The notes under the pieces: generated by a model
Seen by the model: only the letters and a program-made list of their open reading frames with translations
Told to the model about the DNA's origin: nothing
Databases searched by the model: none
Made by a program: the position numbers and the translations under genes
Shown: positions 9,112 through 18,891 of the stretch, piece by piece
Numbering within the stretch: position 1 is the stretch's first letter
How the letters are laid out: each line of letters begins with the position of its first letter
Source of the DNA: an uncultured Gammaproteobacteria bacterium
Lineage (GTDB): Bacteria; Patescibacteriota; Patescibacteriia; Magasanikbacterales; GWA2-37-8
Direction: 5' to 3'
NCBI GenBank assembly: GCA_964355175.1
Contig: CAYHBZ010000001.1
Location: 368,523 to 432,522 of the forward strand
DNA length: 64,000 nt

Positions 9112-10386
9112 TTACTCCTTTGGAACAGAAGTGTCAATGTAGCGAATTTTGATAGCCAGAGCAAAAATCAGACCAAAAAAAATCCAACCGGTAAACATAC
9201 TCAGCACCCAGTGATCAAAAAAACCACTAGCCAGAATCGGCACTATCAGGGCTATTTGCGACTCTCGTCTTTTATACAAGAGACGCAGACCAAATATTAC
9301 AAGCACGGCTCCAGCCAGACCAAATTGTCCAATAAAAAGCAAATAGATATTGTGAATTGGAGAAAAATAATTGGCCGAATACCCGGGATGAATAGCTTCT
9401 AGAGCTACTGGGTAATTGCCTGGCCCTACCCCAAATAATGGATCCTCTAAGAAAATAATTTTAAAATCTTGCCACTGGGTAAGGCGCTCAGAAATGGATT
9501 TACTTTCTAGACGATTATTAAAATTGGCGCGAGTAAATAATAAGTTATAAAAAGAAAAAGATAAAATCAACGCTACCAAGACATAAATCACTGCCTGTTT
9601 TATGAGCCAAATATTTTTTTTATTCTCCCAGGCTAAAACCAACGCTCCCGCCAATAGACCTAAATAGGCGCCGCGGGAAAAAGAAAAAAATAAAGCAGCC
9701 AGAATTATCGACTGACCAACCAACAAACCAACCCGCCAACGAAAATTTTTGGTTTTTAAAATTAAAATTATTCCCAAGACAAAAACGGTGGCCAAATATA
9801 TTCCCAAAGCATTGGGAGAACCAAAAGTGCCGTACGCCCTCAGCCAGCGCTCGTCGCCCAGCTGAATTACGGAGGCACCGATGTCGGCTGGATTATGCGC
9901 GGCCATCCCTAGCCACTTATTGGCTGATACCGACTGAGAAAAAAACTGATAAATTCCCAAAATTGACGGGACTAAACTACCAAACCAAACAAATAAACTA
10001 ATTTTATAAAAACTAAATTCACTTTCCAAAATAATAACCGACAAACAAGCGCCATAAATAATCCAATTGATATATTGCCAGCCCAGATCGCGATTGTCGC
10101 CAACTAAAAAGTAAAAAGCGAATATAGCATAAATCCCCAAGATAGCCACCACACGCTTTATATTGGGCAATTGTAATCGAGCGCGAAAGTTTTTATCTCT
10201 GAGCCGGTCTATTATCCAAAATAATATCACTATCCCCGTCAAAATTTCACTACCATACAAAGACAAACTACCATATTCCCAAAATTTTTCCTGGATATAA
10301 ACGCTCTTATATATTAGTCTGGTCTGCCACGGTAGTACCAAAAGCAAGGCAAGTAGTAAATAATTTTTAATTTTAGAAATAGTCAT
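9112..10386 (-). CDS. O-antigen ligase (Wzy_C/WaaL-like) family membrane protein
   Basis: Multiple TM segments with RAYGTFGSPNALG, FSFSRGAY, PLFGVGPGNY and HNIYL motifs. Confidence 0.9.
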   Translation of the reverse strand: MTISKIKNYLLLALLLVLPWQTRLIYKSVYIQEKFWEYGSLSLYGSEILTGIVILFWIIDRLRDKNFRARLQLPNIKRVVAILGIYAIFAFYFLVGDNRDLGWQYINWIIYGACLSVIILESEFSFYKISLFVWFGSLVPSILGIYQFFSQSVSANKWLGMAAHNPADIGASVIQLGDERWLRAYGTFGSPNALGIYLATVFVLGIILILKTKNFRWRVGLLVGQSIILAALFFSFSRGAYLGLLAGALVLAWENKKNIWLIKQAVIYVLVALILSFSFYNLLFTRANFNNRLESKSISERLTQWQDFKIIFLEDPLFGVGPGNYPVALEAIHPGYSANYFSPIHNIYLLFIGQFGLAGAVLVIFGLRLLYKRRESQIALIVPILASGFFDHWVLSMFTGWIFFGLIFALAIKIRYIDTSVPKE

Positions 10387-10392
10387 ATAATT

Positions 10393-11337
10393 TTACAAAC
10401 CAAACTCCACTATTTTATCTTTCCAGCTGTCATAAATCGCACCGCGGGTGTCATACTCATGCAATTTTACCACACCCTGATTTACCACCACACCATTGTC
10501 GCCTAATTTAGATTTTTCCTTTACGCTTAGTGACATCTTTAACAGCTGCCATTCTCTGGCTTGAGTTTCTATTAAATTGCCATACGGTCCTTGCCACATA
10601 GTTTGCCAAATTTTTTGCCAGATACTCATGACAATATTTGGCTTCACCAAATTATTATATTGAGTCTGCATATTAAAATTTGGCACATATTTTTTTATCC
10701 AAAAATTGGCCGACAAAAATCTTTTAAAATAATTTTGCGGATCATAAATCGGCACCATCTGCAAAGCCCAATAAGAAAAATGAATATCTTCAGGCAAAGC
10801 TTTGAGTTTTTCCAAACTTAAATTCTGATCATCCACAAAAAAAGATAGGCATATCCTATCGGCCATTTTATCGCCATAAGTACGCAAACCAAAAATACGC
10901 AAAATTAAATTGGTAAAAAACCGCACAATATACAGACGATTTTTTTCGGCAATGATAAAAAAATCAATATCGCTTTCTTCAAAAGCCGTGCCGGCGGCCA
11001 CCGTATTACAGACAAAAACCGCTTTTAAAAATGGCACCCCTCTGATAAATTTCACCGCCCGACGCGCTTTTTTTAATTTTAATTCTGAAATAACCAGCTG
11101 AGAGCGTCTCTTTTCTACCAAATCATCTTTGCCAAATAAATAATAATATCCATACTTTTCAGCAATGATACTATTATTTTTTAAATCTTCCAAGGCTGAT
11201 AATATTGGTTTAAAATCATCCGCTATTTCCTTATACAAAAATTGCCAAATCTCATTGGCGGTCAAAGGATACGCGACCAGATCAAAATAAACCAGTGTGC
11301 GTAAAATGGATTTTGCCAAATACGATTGGTTTGGCAT
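10393..11337 (-). CDS. conserved hypothetical protein with a nucleotidyltransferase-like motif
   Basis: N-terminal YFDLxxYPLT/wHTH-like region and an ESDIDFFII DxD motif. Confidence 0.6.
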   Translation of the reverse strand: MPNQSYLAKSILRTLVYFDLVAYPLTANEIWQFLYKEIADDFKPILSALEDLKNNSIIAEKYGYYYLFGKDDLVEKRRSQLVISELKLKKARRAVKFIRGVPFLKAVFVCNTVAAGTAFEESDIDFFIIAEKNRLYIVRFFTNLILRIFGLRTYGDKMADRICLSFFVDDQNLSLEKLKALPEDIHFSYWALQMVPIYDPQNYFKRFLSANFWIKKYVPNFNMQTQYNNLVKPNIVMSIWQKIWQTMWQGPYGNLIETQAREWQLLKMSLSVKEKSKLGDNGVVVNQGVVKLHEYDTRGAIYDSWKDKIVEFGL

Positions 11338-11351
11338 ACAAAAAATTTGTT

Positions 11352-11382
11352 AAAAAAATGCGACCGTAAAACGGCCGCATTT
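11352..11382 (-). terminator. yidC terminator
   Basis: Minus strand AAATGCGGCCGT-TTT-ACGGTCGCATTTTTTT. Confidence 0.7.
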
Positions 11383-11386
11383 AAAT

Positions 11387-12154
11387 TTATTTTTTTATTA
11401 CTTCACCTTCAAGCGGCGCGTTCTTATCTGTTTCTTTCTTATCTTTATGTAGCATGTAATATTGTTGAGCGGCCATTAATATCGTGCTCCAGAACCAGTA
11501 CAGGGTCAAACCGGCCGGCAAACTAAAACCAATCACAACGGTCATCACCGGCATCATATAGAGCATTTGTTTATTCATCATCGCGGCCATGCTTTCATCC
11601 TTACTGCCTTCACCGGCATTCTTTGGCGGCATCTGACGAGTCATTGTTTTGGCTTGCAAAAATTGAGCGCCGCCGGCGAGAATTGCCAGGGCGATACTTG
11701 GATTCAAAAGATTGAAACGGCCAAGACTCAGAGGATTGATAGTGCCTGGATTAGCGACAAATGAATATAATTGAGGGCCAATGTTAGTAGAGCTAAGACC
11801 ATCACGCATTACCCAGTACAATGCCAACAAAATTGGCAACTGAACCAGAAGCGGCAAACAGGAAGTGATCGGATTGACTTTATGATTGCGATAAAGCTCC
11901 ATAGTTGCTTGCGCCAATTTCTGTTGATCATCTTTATATTGTTTTTTGATTTCTTCCAATTTTGGCTGAAGAGCCTGCATGGAACGCTGAGCTTTTATAG
12001 AAGAAGATGTGAGCGGATAAACTACCAAACGCAATAGGATGGTAATAACCACGATCACAAGACCGACATCATGGCCAGGCAAAATATTATAAAGTTCTAC
12101 AAAAAAATTGAAGAGCGGGCGATATAAAATTGCATCAAAGATAGATGATATCAT
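11387..12154 (-). CDS. yidC: YidC/Oxa1 membrane protein insertase (short form)
   Basis: MQALQPKLEEIKKQYK, VNPITSCLPLLVQLPI and LPAGLTLYW. Confidence 0.95.
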   Translation of the reverse strand: MISSIFDAILYRPLFNFFVELYNILPGHDVGLVIVVITILLRLVVYPLTSSSIKAQRSMQALQPKLEEIKKQYKDDQQKLAQATMELYRNHKVNPITSCLPLLVQLPILLALYWVMRDGLSSTNIGPQLYSFVANPGTINPLSLGRFNLLNPSIALAILAGGAQFLQAKTMTRQMPPKNAGEGSKDESMAAMMNKQMLYMMPVMTVVIGFSLPAGLTLYWFWSTILMAAQQYYMLHKDKKETDKNAPLEGEVIKK

Positions 12155-12157
12155 ACT

Positions 12158-13399
12158 TTAAACATTTTCTGTTTTAGTTTCTTCAACAACTTCTTCTTTT
12201 GCTTCAGCTGCTTCGGCGATTTCCGGAGTTACTTCACCGACTGCTTCTTCCAGAGTTTGACCGCCACTGAGGTCAATCAAATTAATTTTCCAACTAGTGA
12301 GCTCGGAAGCCAAACGGACATTTTGTCCGCCACGGCCGATAGCCAAAGAAAATTGATCGGAAGTTACCGATACATTGGCAGTTTTTTCCACTTCATTTAA
12401 TTCCACTTCAGAAACTTTGGCTGGTGAAAGGGCTTTACTGATATAAGAAACCGGATCACTGCTAAAATCAATGATATCGATTTTTTCTCCGCCCAACTCT
12501 TCGATAATAGTATTAATACGACTACCGCGCTGACCAATACAAGCGCCGACCGGATCGATAGCTTCATCTTCGGTAAACACCGCTACTTTGGAGCGATAGC
12601 CGGCGTCACGAGCGACACCTTTGATTTGCACCACACCACTTTCGATTTCTGGAATTTCTTGTTTAAAAATTTCTTCTACGAGTTTACTGGAAGAGCGGGA
12701 CAACAAAATTTCTGGTCCACGCTGACCCATATTTACGGAAACCACATAAAATTTCATACGAGCGCCAGGGCGATAATTTTCACGTTCGATCTGTTGTTCG
12801 CCAAACAATACACCGCTGACTTTGCCCAAATCTACCAAGACTTTGCGGCCTTCAGCGCGCTGAATAGTACCCATGATTACCTGACCTTCTTGGCCTTTAA
12901 AGTCACCAAATACCATGTTGCGTTCGGCTTCACGGACTTTTTGAATGATCACTTGTTTGGCAGTCTGAGCGGCCATACGTCCAAAAGCGCCGGAAATTTC
13001 CAAAGGAATTTCGAGCACATCACCAACTTTGGTTTTTTTATTTACTTCTTTAGCCGCGGTCAACATTAATTCGGTTTTTGGATTGAAGCGTGGTAAATCG
13101 GCAGTTTCTTCTTCGGTCAACTCTCTGCCTTCTTCGCGAGCCTGCTCACGACGAGCAGCCAATTCTTCCTGGGCTTTGAGCAACACTTCTTCCTCCACAT
13201 CTTCTACTACGGTTTTGACATCCCAAGCCTGCATATCAGCAGTTTCAGGATCAAATTTTACTTTAATATTCTGTTGCTTATTGCCAAAATCTTTGCGATA
13301 AGCGGCCGCCAAAGCGGTCTCAATAGTTTCGAGCACTGCTTCGTAAGACAAACCCTTTTCGTCACAGAGCAATTGCATGGCCTTGGTAATTTCCGACAT
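12158..13399 (-). CDS. nusA: transcription termination/antitermination factor NusA
   Basis: FGRMAAQTAKQVIIQK, DPVGACIGQRGSRI and LAIGRGGQNVRLAS. Confidence 0.99.
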   Translation of the reverse strand: MSEITKAMQLLCDEKGLSYEAVLETIETALAAAYRKDFGNKQQNIKVKFDPETADMQAWDVKTVVEDVEEEVLLKAQEELAARREQAREEGRELTEEETADLPRFNPKTELMLTAAKEVNKKTKVGDVLEIPLEISGAFGRMAAQTAKQVIIQKVREAERNMVFGDFKGQEGQVIMGTIQRAEGRKVLVDLGKVSGVLFGEQQIERENYRPGARMKFYVVSVNMGQRGPEILLSRSSSKLVEEIFKQEIPEIESGVVQIKGVARDAGYRSKVAVFTEDEAIDPVGACIGQRGSRINTIIEELGGEKIDIIDFSSDPVSYISKALSPAKVSEVELNEVEKTANVSVTSDQFSLAIGRGGQNVRLASELTSWKINLIDLSGGQTLEEAVGEVTPEIAEAAEAKEEVVEETKTENV

Positions 13400-13425
13400 A
13401 GTTTTTTTAAATTAAATTAGTGATT

Positions 13426-13467
13426 AAAAAAAGCACCTTCTACAGAAGTGCTTTTATATTCTGTAGT
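13426..13467 (-). promoter_or_regulatory. nusA leader attenuator (terminator/antiterminator)
   Basis: Minus strand CTACAGAA...AAGCACTTCTGTAGAAGGTGCTTTTTTT. The terminator stem overlaps an alternative CTACAGAA/TTCTGTAG stem. Confidence 0.6.
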
Positions 13468-13469
13468 CA

Positions 13470-13498
13470 AGTATAGCACAAAAATACATTTTTGTCAA
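13470..13498 (-). promoter_or_regulatory. sigma70 promoter of nusA
   Basis: TTGACA-17-TATACT with a TG extension. Confidence 0.8.
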
Positions 13499-13552
13499 GC
13501 CTGATTTTTGGCCACTTTTTTAGCCACAACCTCAATCCGATTCATAAAATTA

Positions 13553-14170
13553 TTATTTTTTTGTTAAAGCTTTTGTCGGGGTTTTACCTACAACTTTGAC
13601 ACTATCCCCCACCTTTAAGAATTTATAAATTTTTTCCGCGTCCGCGTAGCCAATATTTACACAACCATGACTCATCGGACGAATGCCAAACTGCTTATGC
13701 CAATAAGCACCGTGCAAATAATAAGTTTTTTTGAATTCCAAATTCCATTTGGTGTTTGGCAAATCATAGCCCGGTCCTTTGTAATGTACCACCGGCACTT
13801 TTCGTAAAATTTTGAATTCACCATTTGGAGTGTCCGTACCTCTTTTACCACTAGATACCGGCACTTTGCCAACTTCTACCCCGTTAAAAAAATACTTCAT
13901 CTGCTGGGTATTGAGATCCACTTCTACGCTACGCTTCGCATCTTTATTCCTATCTCCAACCAAAGGATTAAAACCATTAGCCACCTCGATACCATCGGGA
14001 TAGCCATCTTTATCGGTATCAACACTAGCGAGATCAGTTTCTAATTTTAGTTCGATCTCATCCGACAAACCATCGCTGTCGGTATCAATAATTTCAGCTG
14101 CCCTGACTTGAGAAGCTGAAAATAAAAGTATAAAGAATATTAAGGAGAAAATTTCTTTTCTATAAAGCAT
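13553..14170 (-). CDS. secreted L,D-transpeptidase (YkuD family) with TSP3-like Ca-binding repeats
   Basis: Signal peptide, DTDSDGLSD/DTDKDGYPDG repeats and the catalytic YLHGAYWH...SHGCVN motif. Confidence 0.92.
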   Translation of the reverse strand: MLYRKEIFSLIFFILLFSASQVRAAEIIDTDSDGLSDEIELKLETDLASVDTDKDGYPDGIEVANGFNPLVGDRNKDAKRSVEVDLNTQQMKYFFNGVEVGKVPVSSGKRGTDTPNGEFKILRKVPVVHYKGPGYDLPNTKWNLEFKKTYYLHGAYWHKQFGIRPMSHGCVNIGYADAEKIYKFLKVGDSVKVVGKTPTKALTKK

Positions 14171-14192
14171 ATGTCAAAAACAGGAGTAATTT

Positions 14193-15056
14193 TTACCTTA
14201 TTATTATATCACCTTTTAGGTCGGTTCGCCAAATCTCGACTTGAGCGCGTTGTAGTTTGCGTAAAACCCTTTGTGTGGGATGACCATATCGATTTTTGGC
14301 TCCGGACGATATTATCGCGTAGCGGGCCGAAACCGCTTTGAGAAAACTTACTCCGGTAGAAGAGTCGCTACCATGGTGACCAACTTTGAGATAATCAGCC
14401 TGTAACGCCGGACACGGCAACAGATCTTTGTCGCAATATTTTTCCAAAATAGCCTCTTCAAGCGGCATTTCCATATCGCCGGTAAACAAAAATCTGCCTA
14501 AATTATTTTTTAATAAAAATACTATGGAATGATTATTGGCCGTATCGGCATCTTTTTTTAGGAACAAGCCGACACTATCGGGAGAAAAAAATTCCAGACT
14601 GCTACTACCAATAGTGATAATTTCATGCCCATTAATAAATTTCCAATTGGAATTTTCCGCCGCGCTATATTTGGTCCAGGCGCGCCAAAATGGATCATTG
14701 GATTTTTTAAAATCATCAAAAATAATATTTTTAACATCATAACGCGCGAGCACTGCCGGACAACCACCATAGTGATCGCCGTCGGGGTGCGTGACCAACA
14801 TATAATCGATAGAACGGTCAAAAAATGATAGGCGCTTGCCAAGTTTGCTCAAAACTTTTTTATCCGGCCCGCAATCTACAAGCATCTTTTGACCGTTGCC
14901 GAATTTAATAAGCGCCGAATCTCCTTGGCCAATATCGAAAAAAATTATTTCCACTTTTTTATCGGCCTCAATAGTCCAAAGCAAATAAAAAAGTAGCAAA
15001 AAAATTGCTACCAAAAAAAATATTATTCCAATTAAAAAATTTCTTTTCCCCTCCAT
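14193..15056 (-). CDS. ComEC-type metallo-beta-lactamase-fold nuclease domain (stand-alone)
   Basis: DIGQGDS, THPDGDHYGG, FTGD, LKVGHHGS and NRYGHP motifs; N-terminal TM. Confidence 0.92.
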   Translation of the reverse strand: MEGKRNFLIGIIFFLVAIFLLLFYLLWTIEADKKVEIIFFDIGQGDSALIKFGNGQKMLVDCGPDKKVLSKLGKRLSFFDRSIDYMLVTHPDGDHYGGCPAVLARYDVKNIIFDDFKKSNDPFWRAWTKYSAAENSNWKFINGHEIITIGSSSLEFFSPDSVGLFLKKDADTANNHSIVFLLKNNLGRFLFTGDMEMPLEEAILEKYCDKDLLPCPALQADYLKVGHHGSDSSTGVSFLKAVSARYAIISSGAKNRYGHPTQRVLRKLQRAQVEIWRTDLKGDIIIR

Positions 15057-15077
15057 ATGACTGTTCTAAGAACTAAA

Positions 15078-15177
15078 GCCTGGACAAATTACTTTTGAGC
15101 GGGTTATGAGGCCCACGGCCGATTCCTAGATCCCGACTTAGTCGGGAGAGGAAAGCGAAAAAGTCATTTGTCCAGGC
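15078..15177. repeat. 100-bp MITE/REP-like palindromic element
   Basis: 19-bp terminal inverted repeats GCCTGGACAAAT(T/G)ACTTTT with one mismatch, and an internal TCCCGACT-T-AGTCGGGA hairpin. Confidence 0.7.
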
Positions 15178-15190
15178 GTCTATTTCCAAG

Positions 15191-15796
15191 CTATTTTCTT
15201 GCAATAATGAGTTGATTAATCCAAATATCTTTTTCGTAAACTAAGACATTTTTTTCTACCTGGAAGGCTAAACTTTCTAGTTCTTCAACAATTTTTTCTG
15301 GACGATGATAAAAAGATTCAATTTTTATTTTTCCTTCTTGGGTCTGCACTTCCGGTGGTTCTTTTTGATTGATATTGGAAACCGCCAAAATTCCTCCGTC
15401 TTTTAATACCCTGCAAGCTTCATCAAAAAAAGTTTTTGGATCTCTCAGATGCACTATCAAAAATGCAGCGGTAACAATATCAAAAGTACTGTCAGCAAAC
15501 GGCAAATTTTCGGCATCACCAATAGTGGTTTCAATTTTTTTATCTTTATTTTTCAAAACTTTCAACATCTGCTCCGACACATCCAAAGCTGTCACTTGCG
15601 CTCCCGACTTGGACAATAGCACCGATAGCCGACCTGTCCCCGCTCCCACATCAAGCACTTTTTTACTTTTTAAATCGCCTAAAAGCGGCAAAAATTTATT
15701 TTGTTCAAAACTATTTAAATACTTTTCTTTTTTATCGTATGAAGCCGCGGCCAAATCATAGCCCGGAGCGGATTTTAAAATTTTTATTTTTGACAT
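15191..15796 (-). CDS. class I SAM-dependent methyltransferase
   Basis: VLDVGAGTG, GDAENLPF and RVLKDGG. Confidence 0.92.
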   Translation of the reverse strand: MSKIKILKSAPGYDLAAASYDKKEKYLNSFEQNKFLPLLGDLKSKKVLDVGAGTGRLSVLLSKSGAQVTALDVSEQMLKVLKNKDKKIETTIGDAENLPFADSTFDIVTAAFLIVHLRDPKTFFDEACRVLKDGGILAVSNINQKEPPEVQTQEGKIKIESFYHRPEKIVEELESLAFQVEKNVLVYEKDIWINQLIIARK

Positions 15797-17279
15797 ATAT
15801 AACTAATAAAACATAGGTAACCACCAATGCCCAAAGCGGCAGGGCAAACTCCACACTCGCCCACGGCCAGGAGGCCAAATAATGCGCGGTTATTATAACA
15901 TACTTTAAACCAAAATAAGTAGGGAAAGCCATTAACAAGCCCAATGGAAAAAATATATAGCTGAGCAGAATGGATAAAAAAGAAAACAACATCAAAAAAG
16001 GCACGATCCACAAAATTAAGATATTGGCCAGCGGAGCTATCAGTGATAGCTGACCAAACTGAAATAAAATTAAAGGCAAAGTGGCAATAATGGCCGACAA
16101 AGTAGTGGATAATGATTCCAATATAATATACAAAAATTTATTATCGGTTTCTATTCCAAAGTTATTTAAAATTGGCGAGATATATATCAGGCCTAGGGTG
16201 GACAAAAATGACAGCTGAAAACCGGCATCCCAAATTAACACAAACGGATTCATAAGCATCATCACCGCGGCGGTAAATACCAAAACATTTCCCACTCGCG
16301 ATTGTCGGCCTAGCTGAGTGGCCAACAAAACAATAATACCCATAATCCCCGCTCTCACTACCGAAGCGGAAGCGCCGGTAAAAAATACAAACAAAATTAT
16401 TCCACCTATTACCACAAAAAATGCTTTGCGTCGATCTAGGCTCAGCCGGATCAAAATATTCATCAGCACGCAGGCAATGATACTAATATTATATCCAGAA
16501 ACCGCCACGATGTGAGTGAGACCAACTCGACTAAAATCCTCGGTCACTTCCGGCGTAAATCCTGACCGCGCGCCGTATAGTAATCCGGCGGCCAAAGAAC
16601 TTTGCGGTTCCGACCATAATTCATTGACCCGATACTGCAATCTCTGCTTTAGATCAAAAAAATTTATATATAATTTATGTAACACGGGCATATCAGTTTC
16701 CAATTTTTCTATCCGGACGCGCGTACCGCATAGCGACCACACCCCGTTGCGCGCCAAATATTTATCATAATTTAAAAAACCATCTTTCCCCTCAGGTGTT
16801 TTCAAATCACAGCCCACTCTCACCGCATCACCAAATTTAAAATCCTCATAAAGCGGTAAATTTATCAACACACCGCCGGAAACTTTTTTTGCTCCCAGCT
16901 GGGTGACATTTACAATCGCCTGCTTGCTGGATATTTTTTCATTTATCTCCTGCGATATAGTACCGGTGAAAATTTCATACTGACCGTTATAATAACTCAG
17001 CTCATTCATTGTGACGGACGGCACGGCCAGATAAAAACGCAACCCGCCCAAGATAAAAAACAACGCACACAACAAAACAAAACGAAATTTTAAATTCGCC
17101 CAATAAAAAAATAATAAAATAACCACCGACAAAAAACCGCAGTAAATAAAAAACTGCCAATCTTTATTGATAGTTTGAGACGAAAAAATTCCTACTCCCA
17201 AAATAAAACAAAAACAGAACGCCAAAAATGTTCTGCTTCTAGAATAATAAATTTTTTCTTCCCCTCCTAACATATACAC
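15756..17279 (-). CDS. comEC: ComEC/Rec2 competence channel (membrane + OB part, no MBL domain)
   Basis: GLTHIVAVSGYN, GASASVVRAGIM and DAGFQLSF; multiple TM segments. Confidence 0.95.
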   Translation of the reverse strand: MYMLGGEEKIYYSRSRTFLAFCFCFILGVGIFSSQTINKDWQFFIYCGFLSVVILLFFYWANLKFRFVLLCALFFILGGLRFYLAVPSVTMNELSYYNGQYEIFTGTISQEINEKISSKQAIVNVTQLGAKKVSGGVLINLPLYEDFKFGDAVRVGCDLKTPEGKDGFLNYDKYLARNGVWSLCGTRVRIEKLETDMPVLHKLYINFFDLKQRLQYRVNELWSEPQSSLAAGLLYGARSGFTPEVTEDFSRVGLTHIVAVSGYNISIIACVLMNILIRLSLDRRKAFFVVIGGIILFVFFTGASASVVRAGIMGIIVLLATQLGRQSRVGNVLVFTAAVMMLMNPFVLIWDAGFQLSFLSTLGLIYISPILNNFGIETDNKFLYIILESLSTTLSAIIATLPLILFQFGQLSLIAPLANILILWIVPFLMLFSFLSILLSYIFFPLGLLMAFPTYFGLKYVIITAHYLASWPWASVEFALPLWALVVTYVLLVIYVKNKNFKIRSGL

Positions 17280-17656
17280 TAACTGCCGAGTTTGGCTTTA
17301 ATTTTGGCTACTATGGAAGAAAGATTATGATTGGTTTTGATGAGATAGTCATAATTACCGTGCTTAATCAATTTCAGAATTTCATGATCATCATTTATAT
17401 TACTAAGCACGATTACCGGCACGTTCTTGCCCCACTTATTTTTGTGCAGGGCGTTGAGCACCTCCGTACCGTTCATTTTTGGCATAAATATATCAAGCAG
17501 AATCAAATCTGGCTTCTCTTCTAAGGCCATTTTCAATCCGTCTTCCCCGTTGGCGGCTTGCAATACAGTGAATTTTTCACGGGTCAATTTATCGGCCAAA
17601 ATTTTACGCGTCGCGATTTCATTTTCAATAATTAAAATTTTTTTATTGTCTATCAT
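17279..17656 (-). CDS. single-domain response regulator
   Basis: KILIIENE...PDLILLDIFMPKMNG receiver domain. Confidence 0.93.
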   Translation of the reverse strand: MIDNKKILIIENEIATRKILADKLTREKFTVLQAANGEDGLKMALEEKPDLILLDIFMPKMNGTEVLNALHKNKWGKNVPVIVLSNINDDHEILKLIKHGNYDYLIKTNHNLSSIVAKIKAKLGS

Positions 17657-18885
17657 ATAATGATAGTTTTCTTTTTAATCACCGGTTTAATTGGAAAAGA
17701 TACAAAAAAAGTAGTGCCTTTGTCCACCTCGGACTCAAACCAGATTTTGCCTTGTAATTTTTCTACTATTGATTTCACCATATACAAACCCAGACCAGTA
17801 CCGGTAATTTCTTTGGCCATCACATTTTCCGCGCGATATAGTTTGGTAAAAATTTTCTCTTGAGAGGCTTTGGGAATACCGTAACCATTGTCGGCCACAC
17901 TCAGAGTAAATTCCTTTTTACCGCTTGGAATTACTTTGATATCAACTTTTCCTCCCGACGGGGTATATTTTATAGCGTTGGTTATAAGATTTTGCAATAA
18001 CATCTTGAGCATTTTGATATCGGTTTCTACACCTTTTAGTCCATCACTGACTGTAGAATTAATTATCATCTTTTTATCTTCAATCGTCGGCAAGTTGGCT
18101 TTTAATTCATCTTCTATGAAACTTTTTAAATCCACCGGTACCAACTGTACCGCCAAAGTACCCAAATCCAAACGAGAAACATTCAACAAATCATTGACCA
18201 TTTCTACCATGCGCTGATTACCCTGATAAACTTCTTTAAGATAATTTTTCTGATCTTCATTAATAGGACCAGCATCACCGGACATCAACATTTCCACATA
18301 CCAATTGATGGTGGACAGCGGCGTACGCAATTGATGAGAAGCTAAAAATACAAATTCGCTTTTTATTCTGTCAATTTCTTTTTCCTGAGTAATATCACGA
18401 AAAACTTCTATCGCGCCGATGATTTCGTCTTTCAAAAAGATTGGCATCGCGCTGATATATACCGCGAAATCCATTTTGTCTTTTTTTACAAAATGATAAT
18501 TGGTGCTAATAATTTTTTTACGCTTGGTGAGACACAGATGCAGAGGATGCTTTTCTATTGGCACATGTTTACCGGTTTCATCTGACAACAGTGAAATATC
18601 GCCCAATCTTTGACCAATCATACTATCGTCCCAGGCAATCATTTCCTGCGCGGCTTTATTTACAAAAATAATCGCTCCGTTTTTATCCGTAGCCACTACC
18701 CCATCGCCAATACTACCAAGCATAGCCTCTTCACGCGCTTTGTCTATTTTAGCGATTAATTCTTTTTTCTTTAATTCTTTAAGCAACGCGCGTGAGCGTC
18801 GGCCAAAATAAAAATATAAGGCTAAAATCAAAACTATAAATAGCCATTCTATAAACATCATTGAATTTACAGTGGTGAAAAACAT
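17653..18885 (-). CDS. PAS-domain sensor histidine kinase
   Basis: N-terminal TM, PAS (SIGDGVVATD), H-box ASHQLRTPL, N-box NLITNAIKY, and DNGYGI / GTGLGL. Confidence 0.95.
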   Translation of the reverse strand: MFFTTVNSMMFIEWLFIVLILALYFYFGRRSRALLKELKKKELIAKIDKAREEAMLGSIGDGVVATDKNGAIIFVNKAAQEMIAWDDSMIGQRLGDISLLSDETGKHVPIEKHPLHLCLTKRKKIISTNYHFVKKDKMDFAVYISAMPIFLKDEIIGAIEVFRDITQEKEIDRIKSEFVFLASHQLRTPLSTINWYVEMLMSGDAGPINEDQKNYLKEVYQGNQRMVEMVNDLLNVSRLDLGTLAVQLVPVDLKSFIEDELKANLPTIEDKKMIINSTVSDGLKGVETDIKMLKMLLQNLITNAIKYTPSGGKVDIKVIPSGKKEFTLSVADNGYGIPKASQEKIFTKLYRAENVMAKEITGTGLGLYMVKSIVEKLQGKIWFESEVDKGTTFFVSFPIKPVIKKKTIII

Positions 18886-18891
18886 AATTTT

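Noticed and set aside
8946-9402. Plus-strand ORFs 8946..9152 and 9016..9402
   Set aside because: They overlap the hairpin and the antisense strand of the O-antigen ligase gene and have no protein-like features.
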